A DNA stretch of 63,565 nucleotides, filler included, from Reticulomyxa filosa (Eukaryota; Protista; Foraminifera): NCBI GenBank assembly GCA_000512085.1. It is 17 parts of 17 records of this genome, joined end to end, with 100 filler letters (N's around TTAATTAATTAA, not from the genome) between each part and the next. Parts side by side here need not be neighbours in the genome. Positions count along the whole stretch, not along the records: positions 1 to 1,187 come from ASPP01016771.1; positions 1,288 to 3,068 come from ASPP01026169.1; positions 3,169 to 4,629 come from ASPP01043309.1; positions 4,730 to 26,734 come from ASPP01006716.1; 13 more parts are not named here. One strand, written 5' to 3'. Below the pieces are notes generated by a model. It ran no database searches. It saw only the letters and a list, made by a program, of their open reading frames with translations, and had not been told where the DNA came from. Positions 1 to 11,846 of this stretch are shown here, one piece after another. The stretch's first letter is position 1. Each line of letters opens with the position of its first letter. The position numbers and the translations under genes are program-made.

Positions 1-1187
1 CAGTTTCAGACTGTCGGTCGCGTTAAAGTGAAACGCGACTTTCGGACTGGACGAGCTGCCAAAATCGCTGTAGTGGTCGTAGCGATCGGCAATTTGCATT
101 TCCAGCTGCTCGCCAAATGGGATGGATAACTCCAGGTAAGCCGCTTTCTGGTTCCGGCTGGCGGCCGCTTGTACCGATTCAGTCCCAAAAATTAAGCCGC
201 GGACAAACTGGTCATCCGGCACGTCGCGGCCATCTTCTTTGCGCATTTCCACCCCGGCCGCAAAGCCAATCGTGCCACCGGCGGTTTCGACTAATTCACC
301 GCTGAAGCGGCCATCGACTGCGGTCAGGTGGGATTCGCCCTGACGGACCAGGCTGGTGGTGATCGCATCAATGACAGATTGCGGATTGGTCACGCCGCCA
401 AACGGGTTGTAACGACCGGCGTCAATTTCACGCTGAAGGAAGTCGGTGCGCACCCAGCCCTGTGAACGATCACCGGTTTGGCTGGCACTGCTGCGGCCCT
501 TGGAGGCGGCAATTTCCCAGTCATAACTTTGCATCTTGCCACGGATCCCAACCAACGCCCGCAAGGTGTCGGAGGTGATATCCCAGCGACGTGGGCCGGC
601 ATCGACAGTGCGGAAGCGGTCAATCACCACGTCCTTTTAAACGGGTATTCGGATGGCTGGCCGACACTTTAATGCCTGCAGTTTTATCGAGTGGCGTGGC
701 GGCACCACCGGCGGTGGAGATATTGTGCTGAATACCGAACTCGCCAAATAACTCAATTTCGTCGGTCAATGAGCGCCGGCTGTTAACCATCAAGCCAACC
801 CGTTCTGCTTCGGGTACCGCAATCGATAATGGACCGTAGTCATAACGACACTGAGCGCCGGCGTTGCTGCACGCCGGATCAAGCACTTCTTTTCCATCAA
901 CAACAAAACGACCCGGGAAACCACGTGATGAACGCTGATCATTACCACCGTACGGCGCTTGGTTGGCGCTGCCAAAACGGCCTAGCTCGGCGTTATCCAG
1001 CTGGCTGTTATGGAAATAGTCAAAAATTACGGTGGTATTGCTTTTCTCATCGCCGGTCCCCCACATGGCGCTGAAAATACTTTCATCATAACCAGGGCCT
1101 GTGGTGGCGCCGTGCGTCAGGCTGACTTCGGTGCCGGTATAGTCGCGGCGTAAAATGATGTTCACTACGCCAGCGATGGCGTCAGAC
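1..1187 (-). CDS. Bacterial TonB-dependent outer-membrane receptor, internal fragment with a frameshift near 635-650
   Basis: Reads (S)DAIAGVVNIILRRDY, the end of the plug domain, at the contig end, then ORF 620-1165. After a frameshift it continues DVVIDRFRTVDAGPRRWDITSDTLR...AGVEMRKE...AYLELSIP...RYDHYSDFGSSSSPKVAF, typical TBDR beta-barrel motifs. No introns; GC is much higher than in the eukaryotic contigs. Confidence 0.85.
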
Positions 1188-1287
1188 NNNNNNNNNNNNN
1201 NNNNNNNNNNNNNNNNNNNNNNNNNNNNNNNTTAATTAATTAANNNNNNNNNNNNNNNNNNNNNNNNNNNNNNNNNNNNNNNNNNNN
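1188..1287. other. Artificial contig spacer N44-TTAATTAATTAA-N44 (first of 16)
   Basis: The same 100-nt spacer, with stops in all six frames, recurs at 3069, 4630, 26735, 34149, 38161, 40346, 42038, 43366, 48360, 50575, 52080, 55632, 57974, 59515 and 61234. Confidence 0.98.
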
Positions 1288-2030
1288 CATTTGGAAAGGA
1301 AATAAACCTTGGTGGAGTGATTCACTGCACAGAAAAAGAAAGCAAGTTATTTTCTCAATTCAAATCGATGGACTCGAACAAGATTTCAATTATTCCTGCT
1401 TTGGTGAAAGATTGCAAAGACAGATAAAGCTGAAATGTTGGTATCAACCTCGAAGAAACGAAAGAACATTATCAATTGGTGGAAGACGAAATTACAAGAT
1501 GAAGAAAGATGAATCTTCATTTAAGCAATAGTCCAATCTTAGAAGCGGATCATGTGAAATACTTGGGACTGATTGTGGATCAACAAATGACATTCCAACA
1601 GCATATTAATTACGTTTATGGCAAAGCATCAAAGATTTAACATTCCTGTGTTCGTACAAAGGATTCGCCCAAGTTTGTCTGTGTATAATTTATTGTACGG
1701 ATCAAAGGACATTCTGGCATTCCTGAAACGAACGAGCAGTGCAACAAAAGCACAGTCATTTGAAAGATTATTTTGCACCGATTGGAGGTACATGAACGCA
1801 GATATGTTTGTAGAGTGATTATAGGTAAAGTGGGATTAAATGGATTCAAAAGATCTGATTCATCAGATTGCAAATGGTGTGAAGATGAAGAAAAAATGTC
1901 CACATTATCAAGGACTTAGAGATACATGGCGAGCAGCAATCAAGAATTTGTTACCGCATTTTCAATTCAACACATCGAACCTGAGAAGTTTGGTGATTGG
2001 AAACAAGACATGGTAACTCGAAGAATTATT
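1288..2030 (+). mobile_element. Decayed non-LTR retrotransposon: RT C-terminal/thumb region plus zinc-knuckle remnant
   Basis: ~1510-1635 translates MNLHLSNSPILEADHVKYLGLIVDQQMTFQQHINYVYGKASK, with the LINE RT 'KYLG..D..L.F..HI' motif. ~1825-1910 gives GKVGLNGFKRSDSSDCKWCEDEE, a degenerate C-terminal CCHC region. Stops, frameshifts and deletions throughout. Confidence 0.75.
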
Positions 2031-2269
2031 AAAATTTTTTTTTTTTTTACAAAATTTTCTTGCATAAAAACACCTAATTGGTTGTTTGGTTTTATAGTTG
2101 TCTTTTCTTTTGTTTTATTTAGTGCCATGTCCGATTTTGGACCGGGTGCTTTTTTCAACTTGCTTTTGTTTGCACTTTGGGGATGAGGAAAGGGCTAAAA
2201 AAGTTATGGGTGGAGGATGAAGCAAGGAGTAGTCTGACACCCCTCACGCCCTCCCAGTGCAAAAGCTTC

Positions 2270-3068
2270 AAAAAAAAAATTCTTTGTTACTGTTTACCAT
2301 ATGTTCTAATTTCTTGGAAGCTTTCTTATATAGTATCAAATTCCTTGATATTCTTTGTTTACGAAATCGGTTCTTTGATCTCTGAACTTTTGTTCCCATT
2401 TGTTGCTCATCAGATTCCAAGTCTCAATCTTTTATCGTTCAATTCGTGGTGAAGATTACGTGGTTTTGATATTGAACGTGATTGGGAGATGATCTGAGTG
2501 CAAATCTAATCCAACGTCATCTGTTCCCCAATTGCTAACAAATGGAAGAATAGATGATGATATCGATGCTTGATGTGGCATTATCCTTCATGAATGTGCT
2601 ATCAAATGACATTGTATTTAAAATATGTAGTCCATTAGATACAATAAAATCGAGAATACACTCACCCACGTCGTCTGTAGTATGATCCAACCATGAGGAT
2701 GAATGATCTTGTGACATAACACTCCAGTGATGAACGTATAGATGCTGAACACATTGCACTGAATCTTGCGACAGAGGATTTGTGCTTTCTTGGGTCGTTC
2801 TTATTTCGACATTTATATACTTTGCGTTTCTTTGAACGTTCACGAGCAATGTGGTTCAATCTGTAGCAGTTTCTGCATTTCTTGAAATGCGATTTTGGTT
2901 TGGATTTATTTTTATCAAATGGCTCTACCACCATTGAATATTCAATATGAATGTCATTGTCTTTCAATATCTTAACGACATCACTTGAATTGGGTAACAT
3001 CATTTTGACAATCGGCATTTTATTGAATCGTTTCACCTCTTGTATTTGATATCCATAATCCTCCAATG
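2270..3068 (-). mobile_element. Decayed non-LTR retrotransposon: ORF1 (gag-like zinc knuckle) and APE endonuclease fragments
   Basis: CRNCYRLNHIARE is a degenerate CX2CX4HX4C knuckle. It is followed by HSSSWLD...GECILDFIVSNGLHILN...TF...SSIDI and DLHSDHLPITF (~2470-2510), the C-terminal motifs of APE-type endonucleases. Confidence 0.75.
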
Positions 3069-3168
3069 NNNNNNNNNNNNNNNNNNNNNNNNNNNNNNNN
3101 NNNNNNNNNNNNTTAATTAATTAANNNNNNNNNNNNNNNNNNNNNNNNNNNNNNNNNNNNNNNNNNNN

Positions 3169-4590
3169 CGACGCGCTTGGCAATGGGCATACTTTGCCTT
3201 TGATTAGTGGACAGCATTTCCGTCTGTGGACTTTTGGCGCTCGAGACGACACTTTCCATCGGGCCCAAATCCATCGATAGGCCATGTACAACACTTGATA
3301 GAACAGATACCAAAAACAATGGAGAACCATGATAACCCCCGGCCCATAAAAAGGTCTGACTAAAGAACTGCGCCAGCGTTACGAGTAGTCCCCCCGACGA
3401 TCGCGCCACAATGCAAGGCAATGAACAGCAATTGCACTTGGTTTGGTGTGGAACGTGAGGCCGTTCATGAACGAGTCGCAACAGGATACGACGGTGATGC
3501 CGCTCCCGAGTGAGATCAACAGTAAGTCGACGATTAGATCCACCGCCTTGCTGCTCTTCTATATGAAGTGGTTGTGATCTGCTGCCAATATCACAAAGCC
3601 AAAGCTCAGAAGCAGCAATCCGCCAAACACCCAGTGTGATGTTGGCTAATCTCTGAAGACGGCATCTCTTTTTTGCGGCGCAGTAGCCAAGCTGGCTTAT
3701 CGACCACTTTGATTTTTTCGGAGCGTCGTACGCCAACTGGAGCTTTACTTCCGCGTTTTTTTTTTTTGCGTGGTGCTTTGGTAGTGGATATATACATATA
3801 TGTATGTGTATATATAAACTTTGCAAAAACAGCAACAGCAGCAATAAAAAAACAAATGCCGAGCATTGCCCCATACACGTAAAAAGCCACCTTCTTCTAT
3901 GGACGCTGGAGCTGACTTGTCTACTCTTTTTTTTATTTATAAAAAAGGCATTCAAATGATATAGGGTATTCAAATGATATACATATACATATATGTATAT
4001 GTATATGTCATTTGAATTATCTCATTAGATTTTAAATACATTCACAAAGTAATACACACACATACAAATAAAATTGATTCATATATCCTTTTCCAGTAGA
4101 AGTGTTAAATGTGGCGGGAATGTAGGATTCACTAAAATTACTTTCATTGTCTTTCTATAATGATCGGAAGACCATTCAATTCAATGCCATTTCCCTTTGT
4201 CCACTGCCGGCGCTTTTTTAGATTTTTTATTCGATTTCTTATTTGGCAAGTCCGGGTTGTCATTATTTCTCCTGTTTTTGTTTTGCTTCCTCGCACAGTT
4301 TTTTTTTTTCAATCGATGAACGCATTGGAGACGACGAGTTTGCCACTTTCTTTTTGCTTTTGCGATTTGTAATTTTTGCCTTGCCTGTCTGTGAGTCCTT
4401 CGCTTTTTTGCTCTTTCGACGCTTCCCACGAGAGCTGGCTTCATCCGACGATGAGTAAGTTCCACTCTTTTCGTCGATATTTTTTTGTTTGGATTTACTC
4501 TTTCGTTTACCTTTCACATTTTTTCTCTTGTTGTCTGAAAATGTAACGTTTTGTGTTGAGTCAACTAATGCCAAGTGCTTTTCTTCTTCA
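3169..4590 (-). pseudogene. Frameshift-riddled gene: Lys/Ser-rich N-terminal region followed by a multi-pass membrane (transporter-like) region
   Basis: Hydrophobic helices appear in alternating frames: KVAFYVYGAMLGICFFIAAVAVFAK; VFGGLLLLSFGFVILA; VDLIVDLLLISLGSGITVV; QLLFIALHCGAIVGG; GLLVTLAQFFSQTFLWAG; LSWFSIVFGICSI; VLYMAYRWIW. Several switches fall in G runs (3390-3395, 3336-3340). Confidence 0.4.
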
Positions 4591-4729
4591 TTGCTTTTGT
4601 TTTTATTTTTTCATTTTTTTTTTTTTTTTNNNNNNNNNNNNNNNNNNNNNNNNNNNNNNNNNNNNNNNNNNNNTTAATTAATTAANNNNNNNNNNNNNNN
4701 NNNNNNNNNNNNNNNNNNNNNNNNNNNNN

Positions 4730-6996
4730 AGAGAAAGAGAAAGATACAGAGAAAGAGAAAGATAAAGAGAAAGAAAAAGATAAAGAGAAAGAAAAAGATA
4801 AAGAAAAAGAAAAAGAACAAGTAAAAAAGACAGAACCAACAGAAATGAACAATGCAAAGCAAACGGAGAAGGAGACTGTAAAAAATGAGACAAAAAAGCA
4901 ACCGAAAGCAGAACCAAGTGGTAATACAAGTACTTCTGCGACAGGCATTAAAAAAAAAGTCAACGAAGCAGAAAATGCCAAAGCGATAGAAAAAAGAAGG
5001 AAAAAACAGAAGACGAAAAAGAAGAAAAAGAGAAAGAAAACAAAACGAAAGTCAAGGCGAAGCCTAGCACTAGTGACGCTGGTGATACTAATGACATCAA
5101 AAAAAAGATCAAACCTGTCACTGAGCCAAAAGATAAACCAAAGAGTGCAAACGAATCTGTAAACAATGGAAAAGACAAGCCTCAAAAGAGCAACGAAAGC
5201 CAAGAAAAAGAACAGAATAAGGACAAGGATAAAGACAAGGATAAAGATAAAAACAAAGATAAAGATACAGAAAAAGATAAAGACACAGAAAAAGATAAAG
5301 ACAAAGAGGAAGACAAAGACAAAAAAAATGACAAAGGAGAAGAAAAAGTGAAAATCAAGGAAAAGGAAAAAAGTAAAGTCGAAAAAAAAGCAAAAAAGGA
5401 AGAGGAAGAAGAAGACGACGAAGACGAAGAAGATGAAGATGACAAACTTGCATGGAAACAATTAAGTCCAGAGGAAAAAATTGATCAAATGAACCGATTT
5501 AACAAGGGAAAATTAGCAAAGACGTATATCATCAAAGAAAAACTTGGCAAGTTTCGACAAGTTTTTTTTGTTTATTTGTCTGAAAGGAGAAACTATTCAA
5601 AAAAAAAAAAAAAAAAAAGGGGTAACTTTGCAGTGGTAAGAAGGGTCGTCCGCAGAAGTGATGACAAGTCTTTTGCCGCAAAGATTGTATCTAAAAAACA
5701 TCTATCAGATGAAGAAAAGAAAGAAATTCACGATGAAGTGTCTCTGCTCAGACGAGTTTGTCTTTTAATATTTTATTTTTTTGTCCATTGATTTATCCTG
5801 TTTGCAAAAATAAATAAAATAGCTGAATCATACCAACATTGTAAAAGTAATTGAAATCTTGGATACCCCAAGACACTTGTATATCGTTTTGGAATTGCTA
5901 ACCGGCGGAGAATTATTTGACCGAATTGTGGCATTGGGACATTTCAGTGAACAAGAAGCCGCATACATTGCCTCTCAACTAGCACAAGCACTAAAGTATC
6001 TGCATTCTCAATATATCGCACACCGCGATCTCAAAGTTTGTATTGTTGTTTGTGTTAACATTTCACACTATGTTGTTTGTATATATGGCACAAAAAACAC
6101 GTACGTACATGGATGTGTGAATATGCATTGCAATTGGTCCGATTGTTTTGTTTAGCCCGAAAACATTTTGTTTGAAACGAAAGAACCTCATTCGCCTATC
6201 AAAATTACCGACTTTGGACTGGCCAAGTCGTACGGGGTGCTAAGCGAAGGGAAGAAGCATTTTCTGGACACAACATGTGGCACTCCTGGTTATGTGGCCC
6301 CCGAAATTTTAAAGCAAAAAAACTATCGCGAACCTGTGGATATGTGGAGTCTTGGTGTCATCATTTACATACTGTTGTGTGGCTTTCCTCCTTTTGGCGG
6401 CACACAAAACATCAAAGCCATGTATCGCAAAATCAAACGAGGAGAGTATTCATTCCCTTCACCTGCTTGGGACAACATTTCTTTACTCGCCAAAGATTGC
6501 ATTCGCTCGCTTTTGGCTGTAGATCCAAAACGTCGCTTGCGTGCTGAAGAGCTCTGCGAACATCCTTGGATTAAATCTCATCACTTACAGTCCCCAAATA
6601 ACATTGCCAGTCAACGATATTCACATAATTTGCAATTATATACTTACAGAAAACGTCTTCGAGTTAAGTGTGACACCTTCGCTTATCAAAATAATTTAAA
6701 AAAAAAAAGTTGAAACGTACACATTACCTGTCTTTCATAAAAACATGCAGAGAGGAGTTGAACTAATCATTACGTTGAATCGAATGATTCGAGCAGCAGG
6801 TTTAGAAGAAATTGCAAAAAAACAACGAGATCAATTTCGCAAGCGATTGAAACCTTACAAACAAAAATTAAAGAATGAACAAAAGCAATTGAAGGCTGCT
6901 TTAGAAAATAATGACTACGAAGCTGCCAATGCCTTGAAACATGTTGAATTTTACCCTTATGATGACACACCTCCCATTGACTATCGTAAAGTTTGA
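4730..6996 (+). CDS. CaMK-family (CaMKI/IV-like) Ser/Thr kinase with a long E/K/D low-complexity N-terminus; 5'-partial, 4 introns
   Basis: LGKGNFAVV, AAKIV, HRDLKPEN, DFGLA, TTCGTPGYVAPE and DMWSLGVI are joined across GT-AG introns 5551-5619, 5756-5822, 6036-6155 and 6663-6750. The C-terminal RKRLRRGVELIITLNRM resembles a CaM-binding segment. One frameshift in the A runs at ~4990-5006. Confidence 0.92.
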
Positions 6997-7514
6997 TTTT
7001 CTTATCAGTCTTAAAGCTTGGGCTATGAACATTGTGCTATCGTTGTATTTTTTTTTCTTTTTATTTTACGGTGTTTTTTAATTTGTCTCTTGTTTCAGTT
7101 TGTGTTGACAGACATTTTCCTTATTCTCTGTCATTCACTCTTTGTCATGTAACATAAGCAATTTGGGACATTTTTAAAGAAACGGCGAGTATCTTTTTGG
7201 GAGTTCCAATTGTGGTTTGCGATATTTTAGCAGTTACATTTACTTCTTTGTTTACTCTTTCGTATTGTAATCATTAAACTATTCATCGTACTTTCAGTGA
7301 AACAACTCGCTGTTGATCTAAAAAATCTGCTTATTATACAAAAAACTTGGCAATAAAACTGAACATTAACTGCTATTAGTAAAACCATGACACCAAAAAA
7401 TTCACCTTGCGTGATTTCGAAGATTCACGAATAAAGCTACTTTAGCACACAACAGCAGCGTTCTATTTGTTTTGGAAGCATCATTCAATAATCATTTCTT
7501 GTTGTTAGTCTACT

Positions 7515-8675
7515 ATGTCGGCAGACCCGGTTCGTGGAAGGTACAAACAAAAGGCCTTTTGTTTCTTTCATATTACCTCATAAAAAAACAATAATAACAA
7601 AAAATTCTAGGGCTTTATCTTCCCGCACCAATTTAGAGAAGGACATGGAGTTATTACGGCGATATTCAAGTCGATACTTACCACAAAATTCAGTGAGTAC
7701 TTTTCGCCAGAATTCGGTTGAGTTTATTTGGAAGTAACAAAAAAGACTTTGTTTAAAATAATACCAAAATAACTTATATTTGCAACGTGAATGGAATGTC
7801 TAGACCAATGCCATGACATCTTCTGCGTACACGAATAATGGACGTTCAGCAAGTCCTAATTTATACAATACATTAAGCAACGGAAGCAACAAATCTCAGT
7901 CTCCATTACCACAAAATAAATCTCAATATGAGACGGGTGGCACTATGACGAATGGATGGGGCTCTTCAAATGAAGAAATGAGCGATGCAATGAAGATGGT
8001 GGACTCAATGCAATCACGGACGACTGAATCGTCAAAAGTGCTGTCTGAAATGGAAGAACGAATCTTAAAAGATAGCTCTTTCGGAAGACACGAAAACGCA
8101 GATAAATGGAGTACGTTAGAAGTATGTCATTGGCTAAATAGCATATATTTGAATAAATACGCCAACAACTTCAGCAGCTTGAGTATCGATGGTAGCATAT
8201 TACTGAATGATTTAGATGAAAATATGCTGACAACTGAGTTGGGGATCAAAAAAATTCATTTGAAGAAATGCTTGCGCGAAATCAGTAAGCTGAAGGAGGC
8301 GGTCCAATCAGTTCAAGACACACAAAATATGTTCATTGATTTGATTGAAAAACGGGGTTAATGATAGCTCCGAATTTTGTTTATAACTTTTTAAATAATG
8401 TTTATTAGCTTAGTGAAAATGTACGTTTGCATAATAAAAAGAGAAATAAAGGAACTGAAATGAACAAAAATGGCCGAATAGAAGAATTGGAAAGACAAGT
8501 TGCTTCGTTAGAACAAATTAATTCAAAGTTAAAAGGGAACTTGCAGATTTTAAGCCAATGGACCAAACAAAATCAAACCTCATCTCAAGCTGCCCAAGAC
8601 TCCAATTCACAAAACAGCTCTAAAGTTGATGATGCTCTCCAAAACCCCTCACAAGCAAATGAAAATGATAGCTAG
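7515..8675 (+). CDS. SAM-domain protein with a C-terminal coiled coil; 3 introns
   Basis: WSTLEVCHWLNSIYLNKYANNFSSLSIDGSILLNDLDENMLTTELGIKKIHLKKCLREISKL is a canonical SAM domain. Introns 7541-7610, 7717-7803 and ~8358-8451 keep the frame from ATG 7515. Confidence 0.8.
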
Positions 8676-9179
8676 TCCCTGTAATTGCTTGTTTTCTTTT
8701 TTTGTTTGTTTTCATTTGTTTAATTTTTTGAGAAGCGATTGTGGAAAGTTTGAGTTTTCATATATCTGTGGTGTGAAATTTTGCTCATTTGATTTTTTTT
8801 CAATGTTTGCTGTTGTGTAGTTTTCATGTTTATTCAATATAATTTTTGTTTTTCGAAAAGTATCTATAAAACTCATTCCATCCACGTAACAAAGTTTTAG
8901 ATGGGAGTCTTGTACGTACTTTAGCTTATTTTTACTTGCCACATAGAACAACTAAAATTAATCTGCTAGAAGTTATCTTGTTATTCAAAGGTTTCAAAAA
9001 AGTAAAAATTGCTATTATTTGTTATTAATTGAGATTCTCTATGCCGTTGTAATGCACATTTGAACAGAAATGGATAAAAAATAATTTTATTTAATTATGA
9101 ATAAAAAGAAAGCCTTTCCTTCCCTTGCACGTAAAAACAAAAATAAAATGGACAATACACACAAGGGTAATTAAAACAA

Positions 9180-11443
9180 TCAATCTTCATCTTCTGAAGA
9201 ACTCATAAACATTAATGACTGTTGATCTCCAGTCGTTTGTTGAGTGCGTGTAGTAAGAGGAGGGCTGAACTCTGACTGTTCTTGTGGAAACATATCTGTT
9301 GGCAAAACTAACAAATCGTGAACAGTGAGACCACTTTCTGCATCGCTGATTTTGCGAGATTTCCTAAAGCTATCTTCTGGAACATTGCTATTTCTGTGAA
9401 GCATTTCGGATATCACACACAAAGAAAGTCACACATGTACAACGCGAACGCAAAGATATTAGAAAACTCAATGAAGCATATGACATAACAGTAAGCCTTC
9501 CTCCAAGCCATCATTTTTTTCATTTCTTTTCTTTTTTTTTTTTTCTTATTGCCAGTGTCGGTAATTTATCATTAAATCTTTTGGGGCTATTTGAGTCCAG
9601 AACTTCTTTAGAATACGTTCGCAAACATTGTGCAACAGATGCTGCACGCAAATATTCAACTTGTTCATTTTCTTTGCGCAAAGCTAAGTATTGTTCAACG
9701 TCCTATCAATGTTGTTTGTTTGCTGTTTTTTTTTGTCCTTCTTTCAATATGATTTCCACAAAGACGAATAGTTGTAACAAGCGGGGGAGCATTCTTGGCA
9801 ACAAATAAAGGATCGTCCATTAAATCAGAAATTTGTCGGACAGTTCCCAATGACTTATCTCCAAAAATTCGACCCAAAACGTTTACCACGGGTGATGGTA
9901 GCTTCTTGGGTAATTCATGGAGTGAATCCAATGGCGATGGCGTTGGAGATTGCATTCCAGCCGCCATCTCAAATAACACATACCCAAACAAGCACAATTC
10001 CGCTACCAAGTCTGGGTACAACTTTTTGAGCTGTGTTAAATATCTGTGTGGAATTAGATCAAACCCCCATGCAAATGGAAAACATAGATATATTTATTGA
10101 ATATGTTCAATGAGTTTTGCTTATAAAAAACTGAAGCAAACTTATGATATGGATGCTTTGGCAATAATCCTAGAAAATTATTTTCAATATTCGAGAGATA
10201 TACGTCTCCATCATTAGAAGAAACAATGATATTTCCAGTATGTAAGTGATAATGGATAATACCACAGCTTGACAAATATCGCATTGCTTCAAGTATTTGC
10301 CTACCATACCTACGAATTGTGTTTAAATCGAGAGGCTTGCCAGGACGACTGTATTTTTCATCATAAGGTCGAGACAAGTCTTGCTCATAAATACGGTCTC
10401 GCAACGATCCATTTTTTTCCAAATCTTGAAATAAAAACAAATGTTCCTTGTCACGCGATAATTCCACTTCATACATATTGGCTAAGTATGGATGCTTTTT
10501 TTTGTTTTGTTGTTTCAATGAGTATGTATTACAGCTTTCATTTTGCTCTTTTTTTTTTGTTTGTTTGTAAAATGAACTTTCAGTGTTTGTAAAGTAAATT
10601 GAAAAGCAAGAAATTGTTTGTTGTCAGTAAAATCAATTGGTCGACAAGTTCCAAGTGACAACGATTCTACATTTACATCGCCAAGTGGATTTTCGAAATT
10701 TTTTTGAAGCGATGTTAAAAGCTGTGCATTAAAGGAAGGACATTTGTTCAGACAGATGTGCACCAGCAACACACTATCTCCACGCCGACCCTAATATACA
10801 AACATTCGATATGTTACTGATTTGTGAGCACAGCACACAATTGAATACAATTTTATCTTTCTCAATTCAACTTTGTCAATTTTTTCGTCTATTATTGGAT
10901 AGTAAAACTTCATGTCATTTCGAGCACCTTTACATATGACGCAAAAAAAAAAAAAATGTTAGATGTGTCATAGTATTGCATATGTACAATCTTTTTTTTT
11001 GAATAATATGCCAAACCTATGCAAGGCAAAGAATCACGAATTTTTCGTTCTCGGGTTGATGCTCGACAAAAATTAGTTGCGATCTTCATCGCGTCGCTGT
11101 ACGCGTCATACTGTGCTTTCAAACGGTTGTTCATTTGCTCTTTTTGCAACTCACGCAAGCCGGATTTTCCTATCCATGATGTCGCCTTGCTTGAGTCTGG
11201 AAATCGCACTTCGCTTTCTAACACACTAAAGTTGTCTTTGATTTGATACCCTTTCTTCTTTTTACCTTTAATACTTTGGAAAAGTTTATCTGATCGCTCA
11301 TTCTCATAAAATGACATGAGACTACGAGAGGGCCTCATACATCGGTAGCGATATATCAATGCTCCCAATACCACAACGAATATCACGACAATTATTGCAG
11401 CGATAATAAGTGTTGTCGACTGTTTTGTTTGTTTGCTGCTCAT
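9180..11443 (-). CDS. Slob/PXK-like pseudokinase with an N-terminal single transmembrane helix; multi-exon
   Basis: N-terminal LIIAAIIVVIFVVVLGALIY helix. Kinase-like HPYL, GSLRDRIY...YSRPGKPL...RRYGRQILEAMRYL, HYHLHTGN (Slob/PXK-type catalytic loop without Asp) and FGYVLFEMAAG. The exact 3' end is uncertain. Confidence 0.7.
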
Positions 11444-11846
11444 GTATTGTTTTTGTCGGCATTAATCAACATGTGTTCGTCAGGAAAAAGAAATAAAAAA
11501 CATGCACAGAGATATCTGACCTCAACCATGTTCACATGCTTGTGAGGAGAAAAATAATAAAAAAGGACGTGTCAAGTGTTGCCACAACTATTATCCAATT
11601 TTCAATCGACCTTATCATCTGTAGTGCATGTTCAAACAAAATTAACATATTTGGCGAACGAGAGGCCTGCTTCGAGATCAGAAAGTAAATGATCAATTAA
11701 ATTTTTTTCTCAATACCTTTGGTTTGAAAACTGTTAAAACAATGGTTTTTCACCGGCTCAAACAAAAGATAACACAAAGTGTTTTTTGTAAGAAATGTTT
11801 GGAGAATAGTAAAGTAATTTCAAAAACAAATTAATAATCCCAAATC

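Noticed and set aside
3240-3330. VLHCFWYLFYQVLYMAYRW, resembling the last helix of TLC/ceramide synthases
   Set aside because: No Lag1 motif (double His, Asp) upstream in any frame; more simply part of the frameshifted membrane protein.
3500-3900. In-frame TAG codons beside hydrophobic segments, suggesting stop-codon reassignment
   Set aside because: Long conserved genes here (SF3B3, RasGAP, kinase) have no in-frame TAG/TAA/TGA in exons, and all three stops are used as terminators.
4682-5461. Very hydrophobic Phe-rich minus-strand ORFs (also 40390-41118, 49289-49924, 49885-50265)
   Set aside because: They are antisense shadows of K/E/D/N/Q low-complexity coding sequence on the + strand.
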